DNA of 64,000 nucleotides. Source: an uncultured cyanobacterium (GTDB taxonomy: Bacteria; Cyanobacteriota; Cyanobacteriia; Phormidesmidales; Phormidesmidaceae). The stretch spans positions 704,001 to 768,000 of the forward strand of contig CAWBZI010000002.1 in NCBI GenBank assembly GCA_963793265.1. Reading direction: 5' to 3'. Shown piece by piece: positions 47,400 through 57,325 of this stretch. Position 1 is the first letter of the stretch, and the number at the start of each line of letters is the position of its first letter. Position numbers and translations under genes: made by a program. The notes below the pieces were generated by a model. The model was not told the DNA's origin, searched no databases, and saw only the letters and a program-made list of their open reading frames with translations.

Positions 47400-50042
47400 A
47401 TGCCTAACGATGCTCTCAGCGCTCCCCTTAGAGCAAATCTCGCCCTAGAAACAACTGACACGCCTTTCATCAACAGTCTCTCAATCACCGATCAAACAAG
47501 CACATATATTGGGCAGAGTGACGCTTCAAACATAGCCAATGCAACCGTTCTAGAAGCTGAAAGACTGATTGCGTCGGAGGCGATCGCACCCATCCCAGCC
47601 TCAGCCCCCAGCCGGGACATCACCGGCAACACGAACCCCGTTTACCGCTACGACAACAAAGACTACTTGCTCACCAGCGGCCTCAAAACCTGGAGCGCCG
47701 CACAGGCCGAAGCAGAAGCACTCGGCGGTAATTTAGTTGCCATCAATGACGCCGCAGAAGAAGCCTGGTTGCAAGAGGTTTTTGGACAGCAAGGGCTTTG
47801 GATAGGGATTAGCGATCGCGCTCAAGAAGGCAGCTTCACCTGGGCCAGCGGTGAAGCCGTTACCTACACCAACTGGGCACCGGGCGAACCCAACGATCAG
47901 CAGGGCAATCAAGACTACGGCTGGATGAACTTCGGAGCCACACAGCAGTGGGACGACAACCACGCCAGCACCATCATGCCAGGCATCATCGAAATTCAGC
48001 GGCCCGCTACCACAGTAACAAACCCCGGCAACATCAGTATCAAGAACAGCAACATCCGCATCGACGAAGACAACGATTCTGTTGAAATCACAGTCCTCCG
48101 CAGCCAGGGCACAGAAGGCACCCTCACCGTTGACTACCGCACCATCGCAGGCACCGCCACCCTCGACGCCGACTACCAGCCGCAAACCGGCACCCTTACC
48201 TTCGCCCCCGGCGAAACCGAAAAATCCGCCTTCATTCCCCTCCTAGCAGATAGTCTTATAGAAGGTGAAGAACAGTTCGCCTTTGCCATCGACAACGTTA
48301 CCGGCGGCGGCACCCTCCTCGCCCCTCGCACCGCCCAAATCACCCTTCTAGACAACGACACCCCAGTCATCTACGAATTTCGCGGCAACACCTATCGGCT
48401 CACCAACAGCGCTAAAAACTGGGGCCAGTCTCAAGCACAGGCTCTACAGCTCGGCGGCAATCTGGTTACCCTCAACAGCGTCGAAGAAGAACAATGGATC
48501 AAACAAACCTTCGGTGACAGCGAAGACTTTTGGATAGGTCTTAACGACCAGCAGCGCGAAGGCAGCTTTGAATGGGCCAGCGGTCAACAGCTCACCTACA
48601 CCAACTGGACACCCGGCGAACCGAATAACCAACAGGGCAACCAGGACTACGCCAGAATGAACTTTGGCAAAGGCTTAGGCAACGGCCAGTGGGACGATAG
48701 CTTCGCCACCGCAGCCTACCGAGGCATTATCGAAATTGGTGGAGACAATACGCCTCCTCAGCCTATCAGCGACACACCGCCCGATGTAGCGCCTACTGCA
48801 ACCACAGTCATCGACGGCCTCAATCTGCCTACCGCGATTGAATGGACACCAGACGGCGACAAAATGTTCATCGCAGAGAAAAACGGTGTCGTCAGAGTCT
48901 ACGAAAACAATCAAATCCTTGACAGTCCATTCATCGACATTTCTCCTCAAGTCAACGAAATCCGGGGTCTACTCGACATTGCCATCCACCCCGACTTTGA
49001 CAACAACCCCTACGTCTACCTACTCTACGCCTACGATCCACCAGACACATTCGCCTTTGACGGCCTTGCAGGCCCCGACGGGTCTGGTAATCGCGCCGCC
49101 CGCCTCACCCGAGTAACCGCCGACGCTGCAACAAACTTCCGCACCGCAGTTCCCGGCAGCGAAGTCATCTTACTCGGCAAAAACAGCACCTGGAAAAACT
49201 TCAACGCCTTCGTAGATAGCACTATAGATCTTGACGAACCCCCTGCTGGCATTTTGCCAGATGGCACTAACCTACAAGATTTTCTCAACGCCGACAGCGA
49301 ATCTCATACCATCGGCTCCGTTGAATTCGGCCTAGATGGCTCTCTCTTTGTCAGCAACGGCGACGGCACCTCCTACAACCAGCTCGACGCCCGCACCACC
49401 CGAGTACAAGACATCGACAATCTCTCCGGCAAAATCCTACGGGTAGATCCGCTCACAGGCGAAGGACTCACCGACAATCCCTTCTACAATGGTGACCCCG
49501 ACGCCAACCGCTCCAAGGTATATCAGCTAGGTCTGCGCAATCCCTTCCGATTCTCTATTCACCCCGAAACCGGCGCACCTGTTATTGGTGACGTAGGCTG
49601 GACAAACTGGGAAGAGGTTAATATTGGCGAGGCAGGCGCTAACTTCGGCTGGCCCTATTACGAAGGCGGCAACGGCGTTAGTATCCAAACAACAGAATAT
49701 CAAGCGCTTCCCGAAGCTCAAGCTTTCTACAACAGCAACGCACCTGTCACGGCTTCTTTCTTAGGACTCAATCATGCGAGTGATGGTATTGACGCGATTG
49801 TAATGGGTGACGTTTATGATGGCGACGCCTACCCTGACCAGTATCGAGGCGACATTTTCCTCAACCATCTCGGTCGTGGCCTCGTACGCAACATCAGTCT
49901 GGATAGTAATGGCAACATTACTGACGTAGGCACCTTTGCTACAGGCGCGAATCTTGTTGTACAAATCAAAACTGGCCCTGATGGCACACTCTATTTCGTA
50001 GACTTAGATGACGGTACTGTTGGTCGGTGGACTTTTGACTAA
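47400..50042 (+). CDS. C-type lectin x2 + Calx-beta + PQQ-dependent glucose/sorbosone dehydrogenase-like protein
   Basis: Two YTNW.PGEPN...WDD lectin repeats, GTLTFAPGET Calx-beta, and RGLLDIAIHPDF/GKILRV/GLRNPFR/NFGWP GSDH motifs. Confidence 0.88.
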   Translation: MPNDALSAPLRANLALETTDTPFINSLSITDQTSTYIGQSDASNIANATVLEAERLIASEAIAPIPASAPSRDITGNTNPVYRYDNKDYLLTSGLKTWSAAQAEAEALGGNLVAINDAAEEAWLQEVFGQQGLWIGISDRAQEGSFTWASGEAVTYTNWAPGEPNDQQGNQDYGWMNFGATQQWDDNHASTIMPGIIEIQRPATTVTNPGNISIKNSNIRIDEDNDSVEITVLRSQGTEGTLTVDYRTIAGTATLDADYQPQTGTLTFAPGETEKSAFIPLLADSLIEGEEQFAFAIDNVTGGGTLLAPRTAQITLLDNDTPVIYEFRGNTYRLTNSAKNWGQSQAQALQLGGNLVTLNSVEEEQWIKQTFGDSEDFWIGLNDQQREGSFEWASGQQLTYTNWTPGEPNNQQGNQDYARMNFGKGLGNGQWDDSFATAAYRGIIEIGGDNTPPQPISDTPPDVAPTATTVIDGLNLPTAIEWTPDGDKMFIAEKNGVVRVYENNQILDSPFIDISPQVNEIRGLLDIAIHPDFDNNPYVYLLYAYDPPDTFAFDGLAGPDGSGNRAARLTRVTADAATNFRTAVPGSEVILLGKNSTWKNFNAFVDSTIDLDEPPAGILPDGTNLQDFLNADSESHTIGSVEFGLDGSLFVSNGDGTSYNQLDARTTRVQDIDNLSGKILRVDPLTGEGLTDNPFYNGDPDANRSKVYQLGLRNPFRFSIHPETGAPVIGDVGWTNWEEVNIGEAGANFGWPYYEGGNGVSIQTTEYQALPEAQAFYNSNAPVTASFLGLNHASDGIDAIVMGDVYDGDAYPDQYRGDIFLNHLGRGLVRNISLDSNGNITDVGTFATGANLVVQIKTGPDGTLYFVDLDDGTVGRWTFD

Positions 50043-50190
50043 ATGAGATTCCTTTCAGCGACCGACATTAACTCAAGTGGCTGAGAGCGATCGCCCACCT
50101 CCATCTATGCATTTGCAGACTATTTCGGCCCTTCATGGTGGATACTGTTGAAGGGCTATAAGATAGAGCTAAGTTGATGCGTACCGAACT

Positions 50191-50775
50191 ATGACTGTCG
50201 CAACCCAAAAGTTAACGTTCAAAGAATACCTAACTTATACAGATGGCACTGATACACGTTACGAACTTGTTGACGGGGAATTAGTCGCCATGGGCATTGG
50301 TAGCGGTTTGCACGGCGCTATTCTAAAATTTTTAGAAAAACTATTCGATGCTGAGATCGCGCGGCTCGGTTTGGAGCTTGTCGCTCTACAGGCGGCGGTC
50401 GGTGTCAGGTCACCCCGTAGCGGACGCTGGGACACAAGCCGTATTCCCGATGTCAGTGTAATTGCAGCAAGTCAATGGCAAAATCTACGGCTAAAAGAGG
50501 CCGTTATAGAACTCAATGAGCCACCGCCAAAGTTAGTTGTTGAGGTTGTTAGCCCAAGTACTTGCAGCGCAGACTACCGAGCAAAGCGCGCGGAATATAC
50601 GGTACTAGGCATTGAGGAATATTGGATTGTTGATATAGGTAGCGCAAAGGTTACTGTACTGACGCTAGTGGATGACTGGTACGAAGCGGTAGAGTACAAA
50701 GAGGATATGCTGATTGAATCTGAACTATTTTCTGAGCTAAAAGTATGTGCTTCTCAGATTTTAGAAGGTAGATAG
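50191..50775 (+). CDS. Uma2 family endonuclease
   Basis: LTFKEYL, RYELVDG, RIPD, VVEVVSP and EYWIVD motifs. Confidence 0.92.
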   Translation: MTVATQKLTFKEYLTYTDGTDTRYELVDGELVAMGIGSGLHGAILKFLEKLFDAEIARLGLELVALQAAVGVRSPRSGRWDTSRIPDVSVIAASQWQNLRLKEAVIELNEPPPKLVVEVVSPSTCSADYRAKRAEYTVLGIEEYWIVDIGSAKVTVLTLVDDWYEAVEYKEDMLIESELFSELKVCASQILEGR

Positions 50776-50812
50776 TAAGCTTACATAACGTGCAGGATGA
50801 AGAGAACGGACG

Positions 50813-51043
50813 ATGAGCATTGATGATGCAGCTATAGAGACAATGCAGACTTTGCCACCTGAAGGAAAGCAACAGCTCTTAGAGTATGCTCGGTCGTTGC
50901 AACAGCAGATGGTAGCCGCGCAGGGTTCTTATGAAAAGATTAATCTGCGATCGCATCCCGCTTTTGGGCTATGGAAAGACAGAGAAGACCTGAATAACAG
51001 GAAGAGATGGCGAGAACAGATAATGAATGATACATCAAGCTAA
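50813..51043 (+). CDS. Small antitoxin-like protein (DUF2281-like)
   Basis: LPPEGKQQLLEYARSL and AFGLWKDREDL motifs. Confidence 0.6.
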   Translation: MSIDDAAIETMQTLPPEGKQQLLEYARSLQQQMVAAQGSYEKINLRSHPAFGLWKDREDLNNRKRWREQIMNDTSS

Positions 51044-51114
51044 TGCCTTGAAGTTTTCAGAACATGGCAAAGCGAGCCTATCAAAATAGAAGAATCTTTG
51101 GAAGCGATTGAGTT

Positions 51115-51339
51115 ATGTCAAACTTATTGGAACGCATCACAATTAATCCTAAGCAGTGTGGCGGTCGCCCTTGCATTCGAGGAATGAGAATTCGCGTTAC
51201 TGACGTACTAGACCTCTTTGCGGCAGGGCTAAGTGCTGAAGATATTCTAGAAGACTTACCAGATCTAGAGATGGATGACCTAAAAGCGTCTCTGACATAC
51301 GCATCCCATCGACTAGATCATCCAAGATTAGTAGCGTGA
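51115..51339 (+). CDS. DUF433 domain protein (antitoxin)
   Basis: RITINPKQCGGRPCIRGMRIRV. Confidence 0.93.
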   Translation: MSNLLERITINPKQCGGRPCIRGMRIRVTDVLDLFAAGLSAEDILEDLPDLEMDDLKASLTYASHRLDHPRLVA

Positions 51340-51677
51340 TAACTGTCTGGATAGATGCCCACTTATCGCCAGCAATAGCCACCTGGATCACAAGCACTTT
51401 TGAATTAACAGCGTTCGCACTGCGCGACCTAGCCCTTAGAGATGCTGAAGACCTAGAGATTTTTAAGGCGGCCAAGGCTCAAAACGTGATTCTTCTCACA
51501 AAAGACAGCGATTTTGTGGATTTGGTTGGAAGATTAGGATCACCGCCAAAAATCATATGGCTTACCTGTGGCAATACATCTAACAAAAGGCTCAGAGAAA
51601 TTTTAAAGTCGGCTCTACCAGAAGCCATAGAACTTCTTCAATCTGGCGAAGCACTCGTCGAAATTAGCGGAGTCTAA
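51336..51677 (+). CDS. DUF5615 PIN-like toxin
   Basis: WIDAHLSP, DAEDLEIF, LTKDSDF and PPKIIWLTCGNTSN motifs; GTGA overlap with DUF433 gene. Confidence 0.92.
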   Translation: MITVWIDAHLSPAIATWITSTFELTAFALRDLALRDAEDLEIFKAAKAQNVILLTKDSDFVDLVGRLGSPPKIIWLTCGNTSNKRLREILKSALPEAIELLQSGEALVEISGV

Positions 51678-52402
51678 GACTTTAAATTCATTCGCGCCGC
51701 CACTCGCAAAATCTGACCTGCCAAGATCGCCGCCCCAAACCCATTATCAATATTCACGACTCCAATCCCCGTCGCACAAGAATTCAGCATCGTCAGCAGC
51801 GGCGCTAGCCCGCTAAAGCTCGCCCCATAGCCCACACTCGTCGGCACCGCCACCACCGGACAATCCGCCAATCCTGCCACCACGCTCGGCAAAGCCCCCT
51901 CCATCCCTGCCGCCACAATCAACACATCCGACTCATCAATCACATGCTGATTACTCAGCAGCCGGTGAATACCTGCCACGCCCACATCCCACAGCCGCGT
52001 CACCTCAAAGCCACAGAGTTCCGCCGTCACTGCCGCCTCCTCAGCCACCGGCAAATCAGCAGTCCCCGCTGTCAAAATGCTCAGCCGACCAGGCCGAACC
52101 GGCAAAGGCTCCTGTGGCTGAATTGCACAAATTCGGGCCATTTCAAAATAAGTCACCTGCGGCAGCACCGACTGAATTTGTGCACTCTTTTCCTCATTCA
52201 CCCGCGTCGCCATCACCACCGGATGCTTAGACTCCATCGCCCGCATAATCTCTACAATCTGCGCCGCCGTCTTATCCTGTCCCCAAATCACCTCCGGGAA
52301 GCCAGTACGCGCCGTCCGCGTATGGTCAATTTTGGCAAAGTCACCGACTGACTCGTACTGCTGGACTGAAAGTAATTCACGGGAGGCGTCAGGCTGGATC
52401 AC
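51674..52402 (-). CDS. larB: Nickel pincer cofactor biosynthesis protein LarB / circadian phase modifier CpmA homolog
   Basis: AGTADLPVAEEA, DVGVAGIHRL, AGMEGAL, VPTSVGYG and VNIDNGFGA motifs. Confidence 0.92.
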   Translation of the reverse strand: MIQPDASRELLSVQQYESVGDFAKIDHTRTARTGFPEVIWGQDKTAAQIVEIMRAMESKHPVVMATRVNEEKSAQIQSVLPQVTYFEMARICAIQPQEPLPVRPGRLSILTAGTADLPVAEEAAVTAELCGFEVTRLWDVGVAGIHRLLSNQHVIDESDVLIVAAGMEGALPSVVAGLADCPVVAVPTSVGYGASFSGLAPLLTMLNSCATGIGVVNIDNGFGAAILAGQILRVAARMNLKS

Positions 52403-52475
52403 AGAGCTTACAAATCAAAAAAGTTTAACTGTAATAGGCTAACGTGATCTAGTTAGTTTTAGATGGTTTGGTTCT

Positions 52476-53762
52476 ATGCCTGCTGCGCTCGAACCCATAG
52501 ATATTGTGATTTTGTCCAATGGCCCCGGTGAAGTGGCCACCTGGGTAAAGCCGGTAGCGCGATCGCTCCAAACGCAAGCTGCCGCCCAAAAACACAATAT
52601 CCGCCTCTCCGTCATCCTCTCCCCCTGCCCCCACGCCTCTGGACAAGAAGCCACCACCGTCGCTAACTATCCTGAAATCGATCGCGTCCAAAGCGCCAAT
52701 CACTTTTTCAAATTCCTCCTTACGGGTAAGACCGCTGACGGCTGGGACTGGCACCCAAAAGGCATCGTTGTCTTTCTCGGTGGTGACCAGCTCTACACCG
52801 TCCTGGTTGCTAAGCGCCTCGGCTATCGTACTATCACCTACGCAGAATGGGACGCTCGCTGGCCCCAATGGATTGATAGCTTCGGGGCTATGCAGCCTGA
52901 ACTCATCGAAAAAGTCCCGCAGAAGCATCAGCACAAGTTCACTGTCGTTGGCGACTTGATGGCTGACGTACAGGCTACTGCCGATCGCGCGGAAATTACA
53001 GACCGGCTAGGATGCTCGCCAGAGGATGAAATTATTGGATTTTTGCCAGGGTCGAAACCGACCAAGCTGAGTATGGGGGTGCCTTTGCTGCTTGCGATCG
53101 CCCAAACTCTCCACACCCAACGCCCCCAGTCCCAATACGTCATCGGCGTCGCCCCCAACGTCACCCCCGCCGAAATCATGCGCTACACCGACCCAGCGCA
53201 CAATCCGGCCATGGCAATCATCCCCTGCCCCCCAGCCGAACTCATCGAACCCACCTCAGCGCTGCCCTACATTCAAGTTAAAAACGGCCCCAAGATCTTC
53301 CTCTGGCAGTCCTTCCCCGCCCTCGATCTCTTCTCTCAATGCGCCCTCTGCTTCACTACCATCGGCGCAAACACCGCCCAGCTCGGCGCACTTGCTGTCC
53401 CTATGCTCGTACTCATTCCCACCCAGCAAATAGACGGCCTCAGGCTCTTAGATGGCCCGCCAGGTCTACTCGTCAGGCTACCTGGCGTAGATGTCCTCGC
53501 CCGAAAGTTCATCAGTCCGCTGGTTATTAAGGCCGTGCAAAAATCAGGCAGGCTGTTTGCCTGGCCGAACATTTGGGCCAGAAAAGAAGTAGTGCCGGAG
53601 CTACTAGGGCCAATTACGGCTGAAGACGTGAGTGCGATCGCTCAAAACTACCTCACCCACCCCGAAAAACTTGACCACATGCGCCATACCCTTCAAAGCT
53701 TGCGCGGCCCAGCAGGAGCAGCCGACAAAATGGCCAGCCTTATTTTAGAGACGGTATCCTAA
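52476..53762 (+). CDS. Lipid-A-disaccharide synthase (LpxB)-like glycosyltransferase
   Basis: ILSNGPGE, VVGDLM, FLPGSK, GANTA and AWPNIWA motifs. Confidence 0.82.
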   Translation: MPAALEPIDIVILSNGPGEVATWVKPVARSLQTQAAAQKHNIRLSVILSPCPHASGQEATTVANYPEIDRVQSANHFFKFLLTGKTADGWDWHPKGIVVFLGGDQLYTVLVAKRLGYRTITYAEWDARWPQWIDSFGAMQPELIEKVPQKHQHKFTVVGDLMADVQATADRAEITDRLGCSPEDEIIGFLPGSKPTKLSMGVPLLLAIAQTLHTQRPQSQYVIGVAPNVTPAEIMRYTDPAHNPAMAIIPCPPAELIEPTSALPYIQVKNGPKIFLWQSFPALDLFSQCALCFTTIGANTAQLGALAVPMLVLIPTQQIDGLRLLDGPPGLLVRLPGVDVLARKFISPLVIKAVQKSGRLFAWPNIWARKEVVPELLGPITAEDVSAIAQNYLTHPEKLDHMRHTLQSLRGPAGAADKMASLILETVS

Positions 53763-53785
53763 ATAAAACCTCGCCCCGCTCGCCC

Positions 53786-55867
53786 ATGCCTCTCTCCTAT
53801 CCCACCACCCGCACCACCGACACCACCGACACCTACCACGGCATTCAGGTCAGCGACCCCTACCGCTGGCTCGAAGATCCCAACGCCCCCGAAACCGAAG
53901 ACTGGGTACAGGCTCAAAACAAAGTCACCTTTGGCTATCTCAGCAACCTGCCAGGCCGTGACAAAATCAACGCCCGCCTCACCGAACTCTGGGACTACGA
54001 ACGCTACGGCATCCCTTTCAAACAGGGCGATAGCGAAAGCGCTGACCATCCGGTTCGCTACTTCTACTACAAAAACAACGGCCTTCAAAACCAATCCGTC
54101 CTCTACACCCAGCCCACCCTCGACGCCGAACCCACCGTCCTTCTAGACCCCAACACCCTCTCCGAAGACGGCACCGTCGCCCTCTCCGGCATCTCCATCA
54201 GCGAAAACGGCCAGTACCTCGCCTACGGCCTTTCCACCGCAGGCTCCGACTGGATGGAATGGAAAGTTCGCAACATCGAAACCGGCGAAGACACCGATGA
54301 CCTCGTGCAGTGGGTCAAATTCTCCGGCGCATCTTGGACACACGATCACAAAGGCTTCTTCTACAGCCGCTACGACGAGCCCAAAGAAAACACCAAGCTA
54401 GAAGACGTTAACCGCTACCAAAAGCTCTACTACCACACCCTCGGCACCCCTCAAGCCGAAGACACGCTGATTTATGAACGCGCTGATCAGCCCGACTGGG
54501 GATTTGGCGCTGGCGTCACCGAAGACGGCGGCTATTTAATCATCTCTGTATGGCTTGGCACCTCTCCTCAAAATCTGTTGTTCTACAAAGATCTGAAGAA
54601 TCCTGAGAGTGAAGTTGTTGAACTTATCTCAGAGTTTGAAGCGCAATACAGCATGATCGATAACGAAGGCCCTGTCTTCTGGTTTCAAACCGATCTCGAT
54701 GCGCCTAAAGGAAAGGTGATCGCCATCGATATTACCGATCCAGATCGCACAAACTGGAAGACCATCATTCCCGAGGTAGAAGAGACTTTAGAATCTGTTG
54801 GCCTGATCAACAATCAGTTTGTTGCCGACTACATCAAAGACGCCTACACACAAATAAAAATCTTTGACCTAGCAGGCACCTTCGTCCGTGAGGTAGAGTT
54901 ACCCGGCATCGGCTCAGCAGGCGGCTTCGACGGCAAACGCATGGACACCGAAACCTTCTACAGCTTCACTAGCTTCACCGTCCCAAGCCGCATCTACCGC
55001 TACAACCTCCTCACAGGCGAAAGCACACTCTTCCGCGAGCCCAACATTCCTTTTGACCCCGACGCCTATGAAACCAAGCAAGTCTTCTACCCCAGCAAAG
55101 ACGGCACCAAAATCCCAATGTTCATCACCGCTAAAAAAGGATTGGAACTCAATGGTGAAAATCCAGCGCTGCTCTATGGCTACGGTGGCTTCAACATCTC
55201 GCTTACCCCTAGCTTCTCAATCAGCACTTTAGTCTGGTTAGAGATGGGCGGCGTCTATGCTGTTGCAAATCTTCGTGGCGGTGGTGAATATGGGGAAGCT
55301 TGGCACCAGGCAGGCATTAAAACGAGCAAACAGAACGTATTTGATGACTTTATTAGCGCGGGTGAGTGGCTGATAGAAGAGAAGTATACGAAGGCTGAGA
55401 AACTGGCGATCGCAGGCGGCAGCAACGGCGGTCTTCTCGTCGGAGCCTGTATCACCCAGCGCCCCGATCTCTTCGGCGCAGCCCTCCCCGCAGTCGGCGT
55501 TCTAGACATGCTTCGCTTCAACCAGTTCACCATCGGCTGGGCCTGGGAATCCGACTATGGCTCTCCGGCAAACGAAGACGAATTCAAAGCCCTCTACGCC
55601 TACTCCCCCCTGCACAACCTTAAGCCCGGCACAGAATATCCACCTACGATGATCACCACCGCTGACCACGACGATCGCGTAGTTCCAGCCCACAGCTTCA
55701 AGTTTGCCGCTGCCTTGCAAGCTGCGCACACGGGAGACAATCCTGTGCTTATCCGCATCGAAACTAAAGCAGGTCACGGCGCAGGCAAGCCGACCACTAA
55801 GCAAATCGAAGAGGCCACCGATAAGTGGGCCTTTCTAGCGCATGAGCTGGGCGTCTCGGTTGAATAA
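53786..55867 (+). CDS. Prolyl oligopeptidase (S9A)
   Basis: DPYRWLED, YGYGGF, GGSNGG, DHDDRV and AGHGAG motifs. Confidence 0.96.
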   Translation: MPLSYPTTRTTDTTDTYHGIQVSDPYRWLEDPNAPETEDWVQAQNKVTFGYLSNLPGRDKINARLTELWDYERYGIPFKQGDSESADHPVRYFYYKNNGLQNQSVLYTQPTLDAEPTVLLDPNTLSEDGTVALSGISISENGQYLAYGLSTAGSDWMEWKVRNIETGEDTDDLVQWVKFSGASWTHDHKGFFYSRYDEPKENTKLEDVNRYQKLYYHTLGTPQAEDTLIYERADQPDWGFGAGVTEDGGYLIISVWLGTSPQNLLFYKDLKNPESEVVELISEFEAQYSMIDNEGPVFWFQTDLDAPKGKVIAIDITDPDRTNWKTIIPEVEETLESVGLINNQFVADYIKDAYTQIKIFDLAGTFVREVELPGIGSAGGFDGKRMDTETFYSFTSFTVPSRIYRYNLLTGESTLFREPNIPFDPDAYETKQVFYPSKDGTKIPMFITAKKGLELNGENPALLYGYGGFNISLTPSFSISTLVWLEMGGVYAVANLRGGGEYGEAWHQAGIKTSKQNVFDDFISAGEWLIEEKYTKAEKLAIAGGSNGGLLVGACITQRPDLFGAALPAVGVLDMLRFNQFTIGWAWESDYGSPANEDEFKALYAYSPLHNLKPGTEYPPTMITTADHDDRVVPAHSFKFAAALQAAHTGDNPVLIRIETKAGHGAGKPTTKQIEEATDKWAFLAHELGVSVE

Positions 55868-55910
55868 TGGCCAACAAGCACTAGAATGACTAAAACACCT
55901 GTACTTCCAT

Positions 55911-56912
55911 TTGGCTCTACCGATGGTCGCCTCGCCTACTCGCAAAAGCACTCAGTCCAAAGCCCAATCTAAGGCTCAAGCCGATACTAAGTCGGATGCT
56001 GAGTCCAAATCCCGCGTAGTCAATAGGCCAGAAGTCGTCTGGGAAAAGCTGCCTGAAGACTTCATCCTTCCTGACGATCCTGTGGATAATATCAACCAGC
56101 CTGCGATCGCCGCTGCCCTCACTGACAGTCTTAGCCAGTCCGGCTACCTCTCAGAGACAGCGGCCACGACAACCAACTACGGCATCTGCGCCAAGGTCGA
56201 AGGAAAAACGGTCGTTAAGGCTCCTGACTGGTCATGGATTCCAGCCATTTCCGTGCCCAAATCAGAAGTTGAACGCAGCTACACACCCATGCTCGAAGGC
56301 GATATTCCCCTCGTCGTCATGGAATTTCTTTCCGAGACAGAAGGCGGCGAATACTCCATCAAGCCTAGCTATCCGCCTGGTAAGTGGTTCTACTACGAAC
56401 GTGTGCTCCAAGTTCCTAACTACGTCATCTTTGATCTGAAAAGCGGAGCTATTGAGTTCTATCGATTTGATGAAAGGGGCCTTTATAAGCCTCAAGAATC
56501 TGATGAGGATGGGCGATACTGGTTGCCAGAAGCCAGCCTATTTCTAGGCTTGTGGGATGGTAGCCGTCACGGGCGTTCTGGCCTTTGGCTGCGGTGGTGG
56601 GACGCCGATGGGAAAATGCTGCTGTGGGGACAGGAAGCGGCTGAGCTAGAACGGCAGCAAACGCAGCAGGCGCAGCAACAGGCTGAGCAGGAGCGTCAGA
56701 GGGCCGAGCAAGAGCGTCAGAAGGCCGAGCAGGCGCAGCAACAAGCTGAGCAAGAGCGTCAGAAGGCTGACCAATCGGAGCAAAGGGCTGATAAGGCTGA
56801 GCAGACTCAGGTAAAGGCGATCGCAAAACTCATTGACCTCGGTTTGAGCGTTAAGCAAGTAGCCGATACACTGGGCCTATCGGTTAAAAAAGTGCAGAAC
56901 TTGCTGAAATGA
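55911..56912 (+). CDS. Uma2 family endonuclease with coiled-coil repeats and HTH-like tail
   Basis: KAPDW, VMEFLS, WLRWWD, AEQERQ repeats, LGLSVKQVADTLGLS. Confidence 0.88.
   Translation: MALPMVASPTRKSTQSKAQSKAQADTKSDAESKSRVVNRPEVVWEKLPEDFILPDDPVDNINQPAIAAALTDSLSQSGYLSETAATTTNYGICAKVEGKTVVKAPDWSWIPAISVPKSEVERSYTPMLEGDIPLVVMEFLSETEGGEYSIKPSYPPGKWFYYERVLQVPNYVIFDLKSGAIEFYRFDERGLYKPQESDEDGRYWLPEASLFLGLWDGSRHGRSGLWLRWWDADGKMLLWGQEAAELERQQTQQAQQQAEQERQRAEQERQKAEQAQQQAEQERQKADQSEQRADKAEQTQVKAIAKLIDLGLSVKQVADTLGLSVKKVQNLLK
56640..56805 (+). repeat. Coding tandem repeats (AEQERQ units)
   Basis: Repeated GAGCA(G/A)GAGCGTCAGA units. Confidence 0.8.
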
Positions 56913-57274
56913 CAAACGCCCAACCCGCGCCCCAACCTACCTTGAAAGAAACGAACGTAGAGGTTTTAGCTCAACGGCTCGCCACCGACCCAGAGGCGCT
57001 TCAGCTCATAGACGTGCGCGAGCCCCATGAGATAGAAATTGCGAGTGTACCTAATTTCATTAACCTACCGCTTAGCCAGTTTCCAGCTTGGGCACCCACA
57101 ATCAGCACTCAGTTCGATCCAAATGCCGAAACCATTGTGATGTGCCATTTAGGAATGCGTTCGGCCCAAATGTGTCAGTGGCTCATGGATCAGGGGTTTA
57201 CGGATGTTAAAAATCTATCAGGCGGCATTGATGCCTACAGCCGCCTAATTGACCGATCTATACCCATCTACTAA
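56909..57274 (+). CDS. Rhodanese-like domain protein
   Basis: LIDVREPHE, CHLGMRS and NLSGGIDAY motifs. Confidence 0.93.
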   Translation: MTNAQPAPQPTLKETNVEVLAQRLATDPEALQLIDVREPHEIEIASVPNFINLPLSQFPAWAPTISTQFDPNAETIVMCHLGMRSAQMCQWLMDQGFTDVKNLSGGIDAYSRLIDRSIPIY

Positions 57275-57325
57275 CGCCTTAGCAGCTTAGAAAACTAAAG
57301 CCAGCCGATAAACAGCTTTAGCGCC

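Noticed and set aside
45700..49964. Many 60-150 aa alternative-frame and antisense ORFs (also around 51944-55804)
   Set aside because: They overlap well-supported genes and are low-complexity (P/T/S- or V/G-rich), as expected from the local strand skew
56640..56805. Repeats as a possible CRISPR array
   Set aside because: In-frame coding repeats without unique spacers; no cas genes in the window
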